Of a DNA stretch of 64,000 nt, positions 49,619 through 59,226 are shown piece by piece (within the stretch, counting starts at the first letter, position 1; every line of letters begins with the position of its first letter). This DNA is from an uncultured Gammaproteobacteria bacterium (GTDB lineage: Bacteria > Patescibacteriota > Patescibacteriia > SG8-24). The position numbers and the translations under genes were made by a program. The notes beneath the pieces were generated by a model. That model was given only the letters and a program-made list of their open reading frames with translations, searched no databases and had not been told where the DNA came from. The stretch is from contig CAZAOV010000007.1 in NCBI GenBank assembly GCA_964486995.1, forward strand, positions 699 to 64,698, in the 5' to 3' direction.

Positions 49619-50059
49619 ATGCTCAACCCCATGCGTCCTTGGCGTTATCTCATCAATCTGTTAAGGTCAGTGTTCGCAGTAGGCATTTTAGCCGGGGCGA
49701 TTCTTTTTTCTGCGGCTTATCCGTTTTCTGACGCCACGCCAGAACATTTAGCGCTAGCGGCGTTGTTGATTGGTACGGTAGCTGCACTGACGGCGATTCT
49801 GAAGAAAGTGCGCTTGACGATTTGGATGTCGCTGACATTTATCGCGTATATTGCTGGCATGGTTTACGCATTGGATTTGCTATACACGCCGGATGTGACT
49901 GACGGTTATGGTGCTGCTGTGATGACCGTGACGGTATTCGTTATACACGGTTTCGTAGTTGGTGCATTTATCGAGTTGGTGACCTGGATTCATCGAGTGA
50001 CCGGGCGTCTCATCGAAAAAATTAAAGAGAGAACAGCGCTTAAGCTAGAAGAAGAATGA
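49619..50059 (+). CDS. Hypothetical polytopic membrane protein
   Basis: 146 aa, 4 predicted TM segments; overlaps the leuS start (ATGA). Confidence 0.4.
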   Translation: MLNPMRPWRYLINLLRSVFAVGILAGAILFSAAYPFSDATPEHLALAALLIGTVAALTAILKKVRLTIWMSLTFIAYIAGMVYALDLLYTPDVTDGYGAAVMTVTVFVIHGFVVGAFIELVTWIHRVTGRLIEKIKERTALKLEEE

Positions 50060-52491
50060 GTAAGTACGATTTCAAGTCCATCGAACGCAAATGGCAGGAC
50101 GAGTGGGCCAAACAAAATCTTTATGGCACGGAAGAAAATTCTTCAAAGAAGAATTTTTACGTTTTAGACATGTTTCCATACCCGTCGGGTAATGGGCTGC
50201 ATGTCGGACATGTCGAAGGCTACACTGCGACCGATATTTTGGCGCGCAAGCGGCGGATGGATGGTTATAACGTTCTGCATCCCATGGGGTGGGACGCGTT
50301 TGGTTTGCCGGCCGAGAACTATGCGATTAAGACCGGCGTGCATCCGCGCGAGAGCACCGAGGGAAATATTGATAATTATAGGCGCCAGCTGAAGTCGTGT
50401 GGCTTTTCTTACGATTGGACACGCGAGATTTCTACCGCCGACCCGGCCTATTATCGCTGGACACAGTGGTTGTTTTTGTTTTTTTACAAGAAGGGTTTGG
50501 CGTACAAGGGCAAGGCGCCAGTGAACTGGTGCGATTCTTGTGCGACGGTTTTGGCGAACGAACAGGTTGAGAATGACGGCACCTGCGAGCGTTGCGGTAC
50601 CGAAGTGGTGCAGAAAGACCTGGAGCAGTGGTTTTTGCGTGTGACTGACTATGCCGACCGTCTGCTTGAGGATTTGGATGGGTTGGACTGGCCGGAGAAG
50701 ATCAAACATATGCAGGTGAATTGGATTGGGCGATCCGAGGGGGTTGAAATTGTTTTTGAGGGGACAGGAGGGCAGGGCGGTAAAGAAGCAAAGAAATTTT
50801 GTGTCCCGGTTTTTACCACTCGAGCGGACACGCTTTTTGGGGTGTCGTGTGTGGTTTTGGCACCGGAGCATAGTTTGGTGCGAGAAATTACGACCGAAGA
50901 ACGGCGCGCCGAGGTGGAGGCATATATAAAGAAGGCGCAAGGCAAGTCCGAGCTGGAGCGTACCGGCACCAACCTCGATAAGTCTGGCGTACCGACCGGA
51001 GCTTTTGTGAGGCATCCGTTTACCGGTGATGACGTGCCGGTTTGGATTGCGGATTATGCGCTGGTGAACTACGGCACTGGAGCAGTAATGTGCGTCCCGG
51101 CGCATGATCAGCGCGATTTTGAGTTTGCAAAAAAGTTTGAGTTGCCAATTACCGAGGTGGTACGACCAGAGAACGGTGAGCCCGAAGCAGGTGCGGCATT
51201 TACAGAGAAGGGGAGACTGCTTAAATCCGGAGAATTCACCGGCTTGCATTCTACTGAGGCAATAAATCGGATAGCTGAGGAATTAGAAAAGAAAGATCTG
51301 GGTAAGAAGACAGTTAATTATCATTTGCGTGATTGGTTGATTTCTCGGCAGAGATTCTGGGGGGCGCCGATTCCGATTGTTTATTGCGACAAGTGCGGCG
51401 AGCAGCCGGTACCAGAGGAGCATTTACCGGTGCTGTTGCCGGACGATGTTGATTTTCGTCCGACTGGCGAGTCACCGTTGGCGCTGTCCGAGTCCTTTCA
51501 TGAGGTGAAATGTCCAAAGTGCGGCGGTGCGGCACGGCGCGAGTCCGATACCATGGATACGTTCGTTGATTCGAGCTGGTATTTTTTGCGCTTTTGTTCG
51601 CCGCATGACGGCGAGCGCGCTTTTTCTTCGCATGGCGTGGCGCGGTGGTGTCCGATTGATCTATATGTTGGTGGCGCCGAGCATGCAGTATTGCATCTGC
51701 TGTACGCACGATTTTTTATCAAGGTGCTGTTCGACGAGGGGTTGCTTGGGTTCGGGGAACCGTTCACTAAGTTGATTAATCCGGGAATCGTTCTCGGTTA
51801 TAACAGCGAGAAGATGTCCAAGTCCAAGGGCAACGTGGTGAATCCAGATGATGTGGTCGAGGAATGGGGTGCGGACGTACTGCGGCTGTATGAAATGTTC
51901 ATGGGCGAATTTACGGACGTAAAGCCATGGGATCCGAAGGGAATCAAGGGCGTGGCGCGTTTCTTGGATCGGGTATGGCTGCAGGTGCATGATGTGGTTC
52001 ACGCCGAAGATCGCGCCGAGGCCGATGAAGATTTGACGCGACTGCTGCACAAGACCATCAAGAAAGTCGGCGATGACATTGATGCGTTTAAATTTAATAC
52101 CGCCATTTCGCAACTCATGATTCTGCTTAATGAATGGAGCAAAAGCGCCACAGGTGGACGTGACATGGCCGATAAGTTTGTCACTCTGCTCGCACCGTTT
52201 GCGCCGCACTTGACCGAGGACTTATGGCACACGCTCGGACATGATACAAGTGTACATTTGGAGCTGTGGCCCGAAGCGCAAGCCAGCTTGATGAAAGACG
52301 ATGAGGTCGAAGTGGTTGTTCAGGTGAACGGCAAGGTCCGTGATCACATCACCGCGGTAGCAGACATCGAAACTGAGGAGCTAAAGATGATGGCTCTGCA
52401 GTCCGATGCGGTTCGCCGGAACTTAGAGGGGATGGAGGTGAAGAAGGTGATTGTGGTGAAGGGGAAGTTGGTTAATATAGTCGCGGAGTAA
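50056..52491 (+). CDS. leuS: Leucyl-tRNA synthetase
   Basis: PYPSGNGLHVGHVEGY HIGH motif, KMSKS, CP1 editing domain, zinc cysteines. Confidence 0.95.
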   Translation: MSKYDFKSIERKWQDEWAKQNLYGTEENSSKKNFYVLDMFPYPSGNGLHVGHVEGYTATDILARKRRMDGYNVLHPMGWDAFGLPAENYAIKTGVHPRESTEGNIDNYRRQLKSCGFSYDWTREISTADPAYYRWTQWLFLFFYKKGLAYKGKAPVNWCDSCATVLANEQVENDGTCERCGTEVVQKDLEQWFLRVTDYADRLLEDLDGLDWPEKIKHMQVNWIGRSEGVEIVFEGTGGQGGKEAKKFCVPVFTTRADTLFGVSCVVLAPEHSLVREITTEERRAEVEAYIKKAQGKSELERTGTNLDKSGVPTGAFVRHPFTGDDVPVWIADYALVNYGTGAVMCVPAHDQRDFEFAKKFELPITEVVRPENGEPEAGAAFTEKGRLLKSGEFTGLHSTEAINRIAEELEKKDLGKKTVNYHLRDWLISRQRFWGAPIPIVYCDKCGEQPVPEEHLPVLLPDDVDFRPTGESPLALSESFHEVKCPKCGGAARRESDTMDTFVDSSWYFLRFCSPHDGERAFSSHGVARWCPIDLYVGGAEHAVLHLLYARFFIKVLFDEGLLGFGEPFTKLINPGIVLGYNSEKMSKSKGNVVNPDDVVEEWGADVLRLYEMFMGEFTDVKPWDPKGIKGVARFLDRVWLQVHDVVHAEDRAEADEDLTRLLHKTIKKVGDDIDAFKFNTAISQLMILLNEWSKSATGGRDMADKFVTLLAPFAPHLTEDLWHTLGHDTSVHLELWPEAQASLMKDDEVEVVVQVNGKVRDHITAVADIETEELKMMALQSDAVRRNLEGMEVKKVIVVKGKLVNIVAE

Positions 52492-52512
52492 GTGATAGTA
52501 TAGTTTTTTGGG

Positions 52513-52583
52513 TGCCGAAGTGTGGAGGTATAGAAGTGTAGTAGGACGGTCACTTAGGGTGGGCGACCTACTACACTTCTATA
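52513..52583. repeat. Very long hairpin (24 bp stem GTGGAGGTATAGAAGTGTAGTAGG / CCTACTACACTTCTATACTTCCAC, 18 nt loop) downstream of leuS
   Basis: Read directly; one G-U position in the stem. Lies between leuS and the 52612 gene. Confidence 0.6.
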
Positions 52584-52611
52584 CTTCCACGCATCTACAC
52601 TAGATAAATAT

Positions 52612-53325
52612 ATGGCTGAAAGATGCAATAATTTTCTAAATGCCTTTGATGGCTGGACACTGGATTGGAACACGGTGTTCGGTTTAGGTTTCGAAAGCGC
52701 ACCCAAGGATTGGGTGACCGTTTATCGCGAGTGTTCAATCGATGAACTGGCGCGTATCGCCCGCGAAGGTTTGCGTGTGCCCGAGGCAGATCAGCGACAT
52801 CCGGATAATCGTCAAGAGATGGAATTGCTCGACAAGTTTCGTCCGAAGCATTTGGAGAAAACCGGCATAAGTAGGCTAAAGGCGATTTATGCAGTGCCTA
52901 CACCGGAGACGCCGCGGTTCGCGTATAAACGGGAGCGGGCGATATTGGAAATGAAAGTCGATGCGAACGATGGATATGTCGGCGACATGGATTTTATAAC
53001 TGCGCTGATTCCATTTATCAATGCGCACGGTCGCGGGGTGGAACAGTACCACGGTGCGTTTCGTCGCTACTGGGATTCGGTGATTCCTCTCAAGATGTTT
53101 TACCAGAATTATGGCTTTCTCGAGACCGACGGCGGCGCTAACTGGGTCCGCAAGCGCGGCGCGCCGACACGCTTACCAGAATCATATTTCATGCCCGAGA
53201 TAATGCTCATGACACCGGTCGTCAGCAAACAGCATGTGCGAATAATTCGTTGGGAACCGGGTGCGGACGATTTTAAATCCCGCGAATGGTGGAATGACAG
53301 CGAAGAGGTTTGGGGAGAAGTATAG
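52612..53325 (+). CDS. Hypothetical protein (237 aa, W/Y-rich, no TM)
   Basis: ORF followed by terminator AGACGCCGGTCAGCGTCT-T6; no recognisable domain. Confidence 0.4.
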   Translation: MAERCNNFLNAFDGWTLDWNTVFGLGFESAPKDWVTVYRECSIDELARIAREGLRVPEADQRHPDNRQEMELLDKFRPKHLEKTGISRLKAIYAVPTPETPRFAYKRERAILEMKVDANDGYVGDMDFITALIPFINAHGRGVEQYHGAFRRYWDSVIPLKMFYQNYGFLETDGGANWVRKRGAPTRLPESYFMPEIMLMTPVVSKQHVRIIRWEPGADDFKSREWWNDSEEVWGEV

Positions 53326-53536
53326 TGAAAAAGACGCCGGTCAGCGTCTTTTTTGTATTGGGTTGAAATTGGGCCACGTCTTTTATCTTATATTTTTAAG
53401 GCGGAAAAACCGGTCGGGTCTTTAGCTTAATCTGTCGTCATGTCTTAAACGCCTGTACTTTTTGCCCCCTAGTACAGACAGTCTATTTTTTGTGTGGTTG
53501 CGTGATTTGGTGTGGTTGTGGTAAGAGAGGGGCGCT

Positions 53537-55087
53537 ATGTGGGAGTGGCTGCTCGAAAAATTGGGGCAGCTAGCGCAGTCTCGTTCGCGGACGTTCTTGG
53601 TGTGGTTGGTGGCTTTTTTGGCGGGCGTGGCGGTGCATGCTTTTTATGAACGTCCGATGGGCGGCGTCGCGGTTATGACGGCGGTCGTTGTCGGTGCGGC
53701 GGTCTTTAGTTTGATTGCCCGTCTAGATAGGCGGGTAGTTTTAATTTGTACAGCTATAGCTTTGGCGGCGATAGGTTGTTGGCGCTACGACACGGTTTGG
53801 CGTTCTTCAGCCTATGCGACTCCGCCGCCGACAGTAGTCGGCGAGCATTTTGAAGGAATAATAATCGGTTACGTGCGCGAGCGGGAACGGAATACCCTGC
53901 TTACAGTTCAAACTGAATTTGGTTTAGCACGGTTGTATGTACGCACGCCCCTTACATATAAATATGGCGATCAAATTCGTTGGGGGTGTCGTCCGAGGCT
54001 GGTTTCTGCGGATGACGATGGCTGGCATGATCGGTTGCTGCTGGATGGGGTGCGGTGGACTTGCAGTGTTTATGATAGCCCGGTGCTGATTAAGACCCCC
54101 CTCTCCCAGGGGGTAAGGCCGGGGTGGGAGGACTCAGATTCAAGCGCGAACCCCAATACCATAAGGAGTAACGGGTTAAAAGACGTGATTTACCGATTGA
54201 AACGCGGGGTAGTCGCTTCGGTCCAGCGCATTCTCCCCGAACCAGAAGCGTCATTCTTGCTCGGCCTGCTCATCGGCGTTAAAGACGGTCTGCCCGAAGA
54301 GTTGACCGAGTCATTCCGCAATACCGGCACTACACATATCCTCGCGGTGTCCGGCTATAACGTGACTCAACTCATCAACGTCGGCGTGCTCCTGCTGGCG
54401 TTGATTCTGGTACCGCGCCGGAAATCCGCCGCTGTCATGGCGGTCGCGGTAATAATATTCGCCTGTGTGGTCGGTGGCGACGCTTCGGTGATTCGTGCCG
54501 CCGTCATGGGGTGTGTCGGCATTCTCGCCACGTTGTACCGGCGACGCTACAGTGGGGCGCGCGCTCTACTCGCCGCCGCCGCTTTGATGCTAGCGGTGAA
54601 TCCGCTCGTGCTGAAACATGACGTCGGATTTCAGCTGTCGTTCGTGGCGGTGTGGGGTCTGCATGCTTTGGCGCCGGGTCTACTTGGCTTGTTTCCGTCC
54701 CGTTGGCGCAACGTGGCGGTACGTATCTTGTGCGAAACCGGCTCGGCTACGCTCGCCACCGCACCAGTCATATTGTATTCGTTCGGTCGATTGCCTGCGG
54801 TTGGCTTGCTCGCCAACCTGCTGATACTGCCTCTCATCCCCTGGGCCATGCTGTTCGGTGCGCTGGCCGCAACCATCGGTTTGGTCAGCGTGTCGTTAGC
54901 TTTGGTGCCCGCGCTAATCGCGGCGTGGATTATGCTTGCGGTGGAGTTTGTCGCCATTTCGCTTGCGCGGCACGTTCCGCTCGCACTCGAAGTTCAGGTC
55001 GGGGCGGTCACGGTGGGGTTGTTGTATGTCTGGCTGATAATACTGGCGTTCGCTTTAGCGCGACGGGGATATGAAAAAAAGTCGTAA
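53537..55087 (+). CDS. comEC: ComEC/Rec2 DNA-uptake channel, membrane (DUF4131 plus competence) domains
   Basis: Polytopic membrane protein with THILAVSGYNV (the ComEC AISGLHV-type motif). Confidence 0.8.
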   Translation: MWEWLLEKLGQLAQSRSRTFLVWLVAFLAGVAVHAFYERPMGGVAVMTAVVVGAAVFSLIARLDRRVVLICTAIALAAIGCWRYDTVWRSSAYATPPPTVVGEHFEGIIIGYVRERERNTLLTVQTEFGLARLYVRTPLTYKYGDQIRWGCRPRLVSADDDGWHDRLLLDGVRWTCSVYDSPVLIKTPLSQGVRPGWEDSDSSANPNTIRSNGLKDVIYRLKRGVVASVQRILPEPEASFLLGLLIGVKDGLPEELTESFRNTGTTHILAVSGYNVTQLINVGVLLLALILVPRRKSAAVMAVAVIIFACVVGGDASVIRAAVMGCVGILATLYRRRYSGARALLAAAALMLAVNPLVLKHDVGFQLSFVAVWGLHALAPGLLGLFPSRWRNVAVRILCETGSATLATAPVILYSFGRLPAVGLLANLLILPLIPWAMLFGALAATIGLVSVSLALVPALIAAWIMLAVEFVAISLARHVPLALEVQVGAVTVGLLYVWLIILAFALARRGYEKKS

Positions 55088-56006
55088 AGGCAAAGGTTCA
55101 AGGGGGCAGGGGCTTTCGCTGTGTTTACGTTCGGTGTTTAGGCTTAGGCCTCTGCTGATCGGAGCGGTGTTTTTGTCGATGGTGTTTTTACCGGCGACTT
55201 GGGCCTGGCCGGAGACGCATGGTGCGGATTCCACTCTGCATTTTTTCGCCGTCGGTCAGGGCGATTCTTCGCTGGTGCAATGCGGGCGTACGCAGGCGCT
55301 GATCGATGGCGGACCGAATCGCGCGGTAATGCGGAAACTCGGGCGCTCCATGCCGTTTACCGATCGCCGTATCGAGTATGTCATTCTTTCGCATCCGGAC
55401 AACGATCATATTTTCGGACTGTTCGAAGTGTTGGAGCGCTATGAAATCGGGCATTTAATCATGTCCGAGTTTGCGGTCGAGCATGAAGTCGGCCGACAGT
55501 TGATGGACCTGGCTCAGGGACGCGGTACCGAGGTGTTGCTCGTAGAAACCGGCGACACTATTCAACTCGGGCAGTGCGGTGAATTCGAGGTGCTGTGGCC
55601 GGACCGCAACAGCGAGCATCTGGCGCTCAACGGCCGTGGTTATGTTAATGATTTGTCCCTGGTGCTGGAGTTTCATGCCAACGACGATCGACCGCTTGCC
55701 CTGTTTACCGGCGACATAAACGCCGAGGTCGAGGAGACGCTAGTCGCCGACTGCGCACTGCAGGAAGTGCAGATTCTAAAAATACCGCACCACGGCAGTT
55801 CGCATTCTTCTCATTATCGGTTTCTCCGAACGCTCAATCCAGAACATGCCGTGATTCAGGTCGGTGAAAACAATTATGGCCAGCCATCCAAGACCGTCTT
55901 GTTCCGTCTTGAGAAGATTGGCGCACAAGTCAGCCGCAACGACACAGACGGAGATATAGTATTTTCTGTTCAGTCTGACGGTTCGTTTGCGCTTATTTCG
56001 AATTGA
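55071..56006 (+). CDS. comEC: ComEC C-terminal metallo-beta-lactamase domain, encoded as a separate ORF that overlaps the upstream ORF in a different frame
   Basis: FFAVGQGDSSLV...HPDNDHIFGL...KIPHHGSSHS MBL motifs; 17-nt overlap with 53537..55087. Confidence 0.75.
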   Translation: MKKSRKGKGSRGQGLSLCLRSVFRLRPLLIGAVFLSMVFLPATWAWPETHGADSTLHFFAVGQGDSSLVQCGRTQALIDGGPNRAVMRKLGRSMPFTDRRIEYVILSHPDNDHIFGLFEVLERYEIGHLIMSEFAVEHEVGRQLMDLAQGRGTEVLLVETGDTIQLGQCGEFEVLWPDRNSEHLALNGRGYVNDLSLVLEFHANDDRPLALFTGDINAEVEETLVADCALQEVQILKIPHHGSSHSSHYRFLRTLNPEHAVIQVGENNYGQPSKTVLFRLEKIGAQVSRNDTDGDIVFSVQSDGSFALISN

Positions 56007-56465
56007 CAAATAAATAATACCTTTCTGATTCAGGCTGGCTCACCGCTCATTTTATAGAGGAATTTGACATGGCGACGACGGAAACAGAAAACCACGTGCG
56101 GAATCTGAGGTTCCGGAGATTCAGATTTTCTGAGCGCCTGCAGTGCGAGTTCACGTTCGGTTTGGCATGTCGATGCATACTTCACTGCCTCATCAAATGA
56201 AGCGGGTCAACGAACCTGGACTGGGCATTATCGCCATGGGCGACGGGTCAGAACGGACGGTTCATTATTGAGCTGTTTTCACGGAGTGTGAGAGCCTACT
56301 CAGCCCAAGGGGGTGTATTAGTCTTGATATAATACGCCAGACGTTATACTATTTCGGCACAAATGGGTGGGGCATTGCAAGAACGCCAATACCTAACCCA
56401 TGCGAGGGATTCCTGCTTAGGCAGGGGTCCGAGCCACCTATTTTTAAACTTAAAAACTATCTCAT

Positions 56466-56963
56466 ATGATAGAACGAACACTCGTTCTGCTTAAACCGGA
56501 TTCCCTGGATCGCGGCATCGTCGGAGAAATCATCACTCGTTTTGAGCGTGTCGGCGCTAATATCGTCGGTCTTAAATTGTTGGTTTCAGAGAAAGACACC
56601 GCTGGTCAGCATTACACCGACGATTTGGCTCGGCGCCGCGGCGAGAACGTACGTAAAATGATGATTAACATGCTTACCTCTGGTCCGATTGTGGCCATGT
56701 GTGTGGAGGGCGTAGAGATTATCGAGCAGGTGCGCAAGATGGTCGGTGCGACTGAACCCAAGTCCGCCGCGCCGGGGACCATTCGCGGTGATTATGCGCA
56801 CGTTTCCTATAGTCATGCCGACGAAAAGGAAATCGCAGTGTTCAACCTGATTCATGCGTCCGATGCGCCTGAGTCCGCCGAAACCGAAATTGCGGTCTGG
56901 TTCAAACCGGAAGAACTCTGGAATCGGGAATCATCCTATACCAAGTTCACCATTGAGAAATAG
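56466..56963 (+). CDS. ndk: Nucleoside diphosphate kinase
   Basis: ERTLVLLKPDSLDRGIVGEII...NLIHASDAPESAETEIAVWF (catalytic His); terminator AGAGGGGCC-CGAT-GGCCTCTCT-T4 follows. Confidence 0.9.
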   Translation: MIERTLVLLKPDSLDRGIVGEIITRFERVGANIVGLKLLVSEKDTAGQHYTDDLARRRGENVRKMMINMLTSGPIVAMCVEGVEIIEQVRKMVGATEPKSAAPGTIRGDYAHVSYSHADEKEIAVFNLIHASDAPESAETEIAVWFKPEELWNRESSYTKFTIEK

Positions 56964-57143
56964 ATTATAGAACGAAAGAGGGGCCCGATGGCCTCTCTTT
57001 TAATTACTTGCAAGCCTCTCGGCGTCAGCCCGGGGATATTTATCGGTTACCGTTATCCTTTCCGTCCTGGGTGATGATATCCTGCTTGCCAAGCAGGTAT
57101 TGTGATGATAATGTTCCGTTTGGTCTTTTCAAAGGAGATAACC

Positions 57144-57584
57144 ATGATTCGACTGGCGGTCCTGGCTGTACTGATGCTATTTGCATTCTCCTGCAACTGG
57201 TTCATGCCTGAGGGGCAAGTGATTAACGATGCCGAGGAATCACTTTCCTGTTCACAGCAGCCTGAGCAGGGTTGCGTTCGGTATATGTTCGTGCCGACCG
57301 AAACTGATTCGCGTGAACGACTGGCGCGCTGCTTGAGCTCGCGTGGCGTCATCCTCTATACCACCAGCTGGTGCCCGGCTTGCGACCGGCAGAAGGCTCT
57401 GTTCGGCCGACATGTCGAGCATCTCAATGAGGTGGATTGCGGTGAGCAAGGACGGCGTTGTGAAGATGCTCAGATTCGCAGTGTCCCCACTTGGACTTTT
57501 CGGGACGGTCAACGTCATGTGGGGCTGCTGTCCTTGCGGCAACTGGCTCGGCGTGCCGGTTGCTCAATCCGTGGTTTGAGGTAG
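57144..57584 (+). CDS. Exported thioredoxin-fold CxxC protein (VKOR-partner Trx-like type), paralog 1; possible lipoprotein
   Basis: SD AAGGAG. Signal MIRLAVLAVLMLFAFSC, active site TSWCPACDRQK, conserved C-terminal C...C...SVPTWTF.DG. Confidence 0.7.
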   Translation: MIRLAVLAVLMLFAFSCNWFMPEGQVINDAEESLSCSQQPEQGCVRYMFVPTETDSRERLARCLSSRGVILYTTSWCPACDRQKALFGRHVEHLNEVDCGEQGRRCEDAQIRSVPTWTFRDGQRHVGLLSLRQLARRAGCSIRGLR

Positions 57585-58018
57585 TAAAAACTCCGCTCTT
57601 CACTGGGGCGGTTTTTTGGTTCAAATTATTTATGTCGCTCGGCGATTAACAAATAACACCGGCCCTCCGGGCGATGGTGGGCATTATCCACACAGCTCGC
57701 TTGCTCGCTCATGGGGGCGGTGTTAACGTCATTAAAGCTTGTCGTGAGCGTGAACAGTTACGCACAGGTGTCCCGTGTCAGTACAACTTGAACCAGCAGC
57801 ACCGGTGGTCGGGGCAATACCCATCCGGTGCTTTTTATTTTTTTGGTAGAAGTGTATAAGAGTAAAAGACTTGAAGAAGGGCAGTAGGGCACACGCAGGC
57901 AACCGCAAACTAACCCGCCTACAATCCTGCTCCCATGCTATAGGAATTTTATTAATGTTATCGACCCGAAAATATTACTGGGGTAAACTAAATAAGCGAG
58001 AACAATCGTTAAGAATAT

Positions 58019-58492
58019 ATGAATAGCAAACGCAAGCCGAATCAGCAGCCGATTATGTTTCGAACATATCTCATTGCTGTTTTGATAGTTGTGTCCGGGG
58101 TATATGGAGCGTATCGGCTGGCGGTCAAAGATGAGGCAGAACCGGCACCAGTCGATGACGTGGCTAAGCTCGCAGACTGCCTAACAGAAAGCGGCGCCAA
58201 ACTGTACGGTACTTTTTGGTGTCCTCACTGCAATGATCAAAAGGACGCGTTTGGCGCAAACATCGGTCGGGTGACCTACATTGAATGTACTGTTGATGGT
58301 CAACGTAACGTCATGTCTGAGGAGTGCAAAGAGGCTCAAATCAGGGGCTTTCCGACTTGGATTTTCGGTGACGGAACTCAGGTGAGTGGCAAACAGCCAT
58401 TCAGGGAGCTGGCTGCTCGTAGTGGATGTGATTGGAAGCCAGGTGAAACCGAATTCAAACCGACGGTTGACGTTGTTGAAGTGGACATATAA
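58019..58492 (+). CDS. Exported thioredoxin-fold CxxC protein, paralog 2 (signal-anchor TM)
   Basis: TM FRTYLIAVLIVVSGVYGAY; GTFWCPHCNDQK; ...ECKEAQIRGFPTWIFGDG. Confidence 0.7.
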   Translation: MNSKRKPNQQPIMFRTYLIAVLIVVSGVYGAYRLAVKDEAEPAPVDDVAKLADCLTESGAKLYGTFWCPHCNDQKDAFGANIGRVTYIECTVDGQRNVMSEECKEAQIRGFPTWIFGDGTQVSGKQPFRELAARSGCDWKPGETEFKPTVDVVEVDI

Positions 58493-58561
58493 GGTAATAA
58501 ACCGCTCTAAATTTTATCGTTTAAACCGAGTGAGTGCTCGGTTTTTGCATGGAGGTGTTCA

Positions 58562-59116
58562 GTGCGGTATTTGATGATGTTTTTTCTGTTTCTTTCTGTC
58601 TCGGCTTGCGAGCCCGGTGCCGAAGATTCGGCTGTAGATGCGGGTTTTGATGGCAATGCTGAAGCTGATGTGCTGGATGACGGAGATGTCGAGCCAGATG
58701 CCGTCGAGGATTTGGATGCGGACACGGAAGAAGATACCGCACCGAATTGCGAGGCTCTCGATCAGGATTCTGAGGATGTGCATGTGCTGGCCTGCTGCCT
58801 GGCTGATCGAGGCGCGGTACTCTACCACACGTCTTGGTGCTCGTTTTGCTACATCCAGCAGCGTATGTTCGGGGAGTATTTTGAACTGCTGAATCATGTC
58901 GATTGCTGGGATGAGCACGGCGAGATACCTGAGTGTACCGAAATGGGCGTTGAAGCGTATCCGTCTTGGACGTTCGTGGTGTACGACGAGCAGACCGGCG
59001 AAGCCACTGACGACTTTTTCTTGGTGTCCGGGTTGTTGCATTTTTCCGTGCTGGCTGATTATTCCGGCTGCTACTGGCCAGAGACGGAAAGGGAACATAA
59101 TTCAGGAAAAGAGTAA
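58562..59116 (+). CDS. Exported thioredoxin-fold CxxC protein, paralog 3; lipoprotein with an acidic N-terminal linker
   Basis: GTG start after GGAGGTG. Lipobox LSVSAC. D/E-rich region. HTSWCSFCYIQQ; ...ECTEMGVEAYPSWTF. Confidence 0.65.
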   Translation: MRYLMMFFLFLSVSACEPGAEDSAVDAGFDGNAEADVLDDGDVEPDAVEDLDADTEEDTAPNCEALDQDSEDVHVLACCLADRGAVLYHTSWCSFCYIQQRMFGEYFELLNHVDCWDEHGEIPECTEMGVEAYPSWTFVVYDEQTGEATDDFFLVSGLLHFSVLADYSGCYWPETEREHNSGKE

Positions 59117-59226
59117 TCATAAAACCGAGCAATTTTGCTCGGTTTTTCTGTGTCTGGATTTTTTTATCCACAAGTCGAACCTGTTATCGTCTGTGGATAT
59201 AATTTCTGTCTGTTTATACTGAATAC

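Noticed and set aside
50164-51249. 361-aa ORF antisense to leuS (others of the same kind lie at 51661..52209 and 16170..16556)
   Set aside because: Shadow ORFs opposite well-supported genes (leuS, pilB), with no RBS and no domain content
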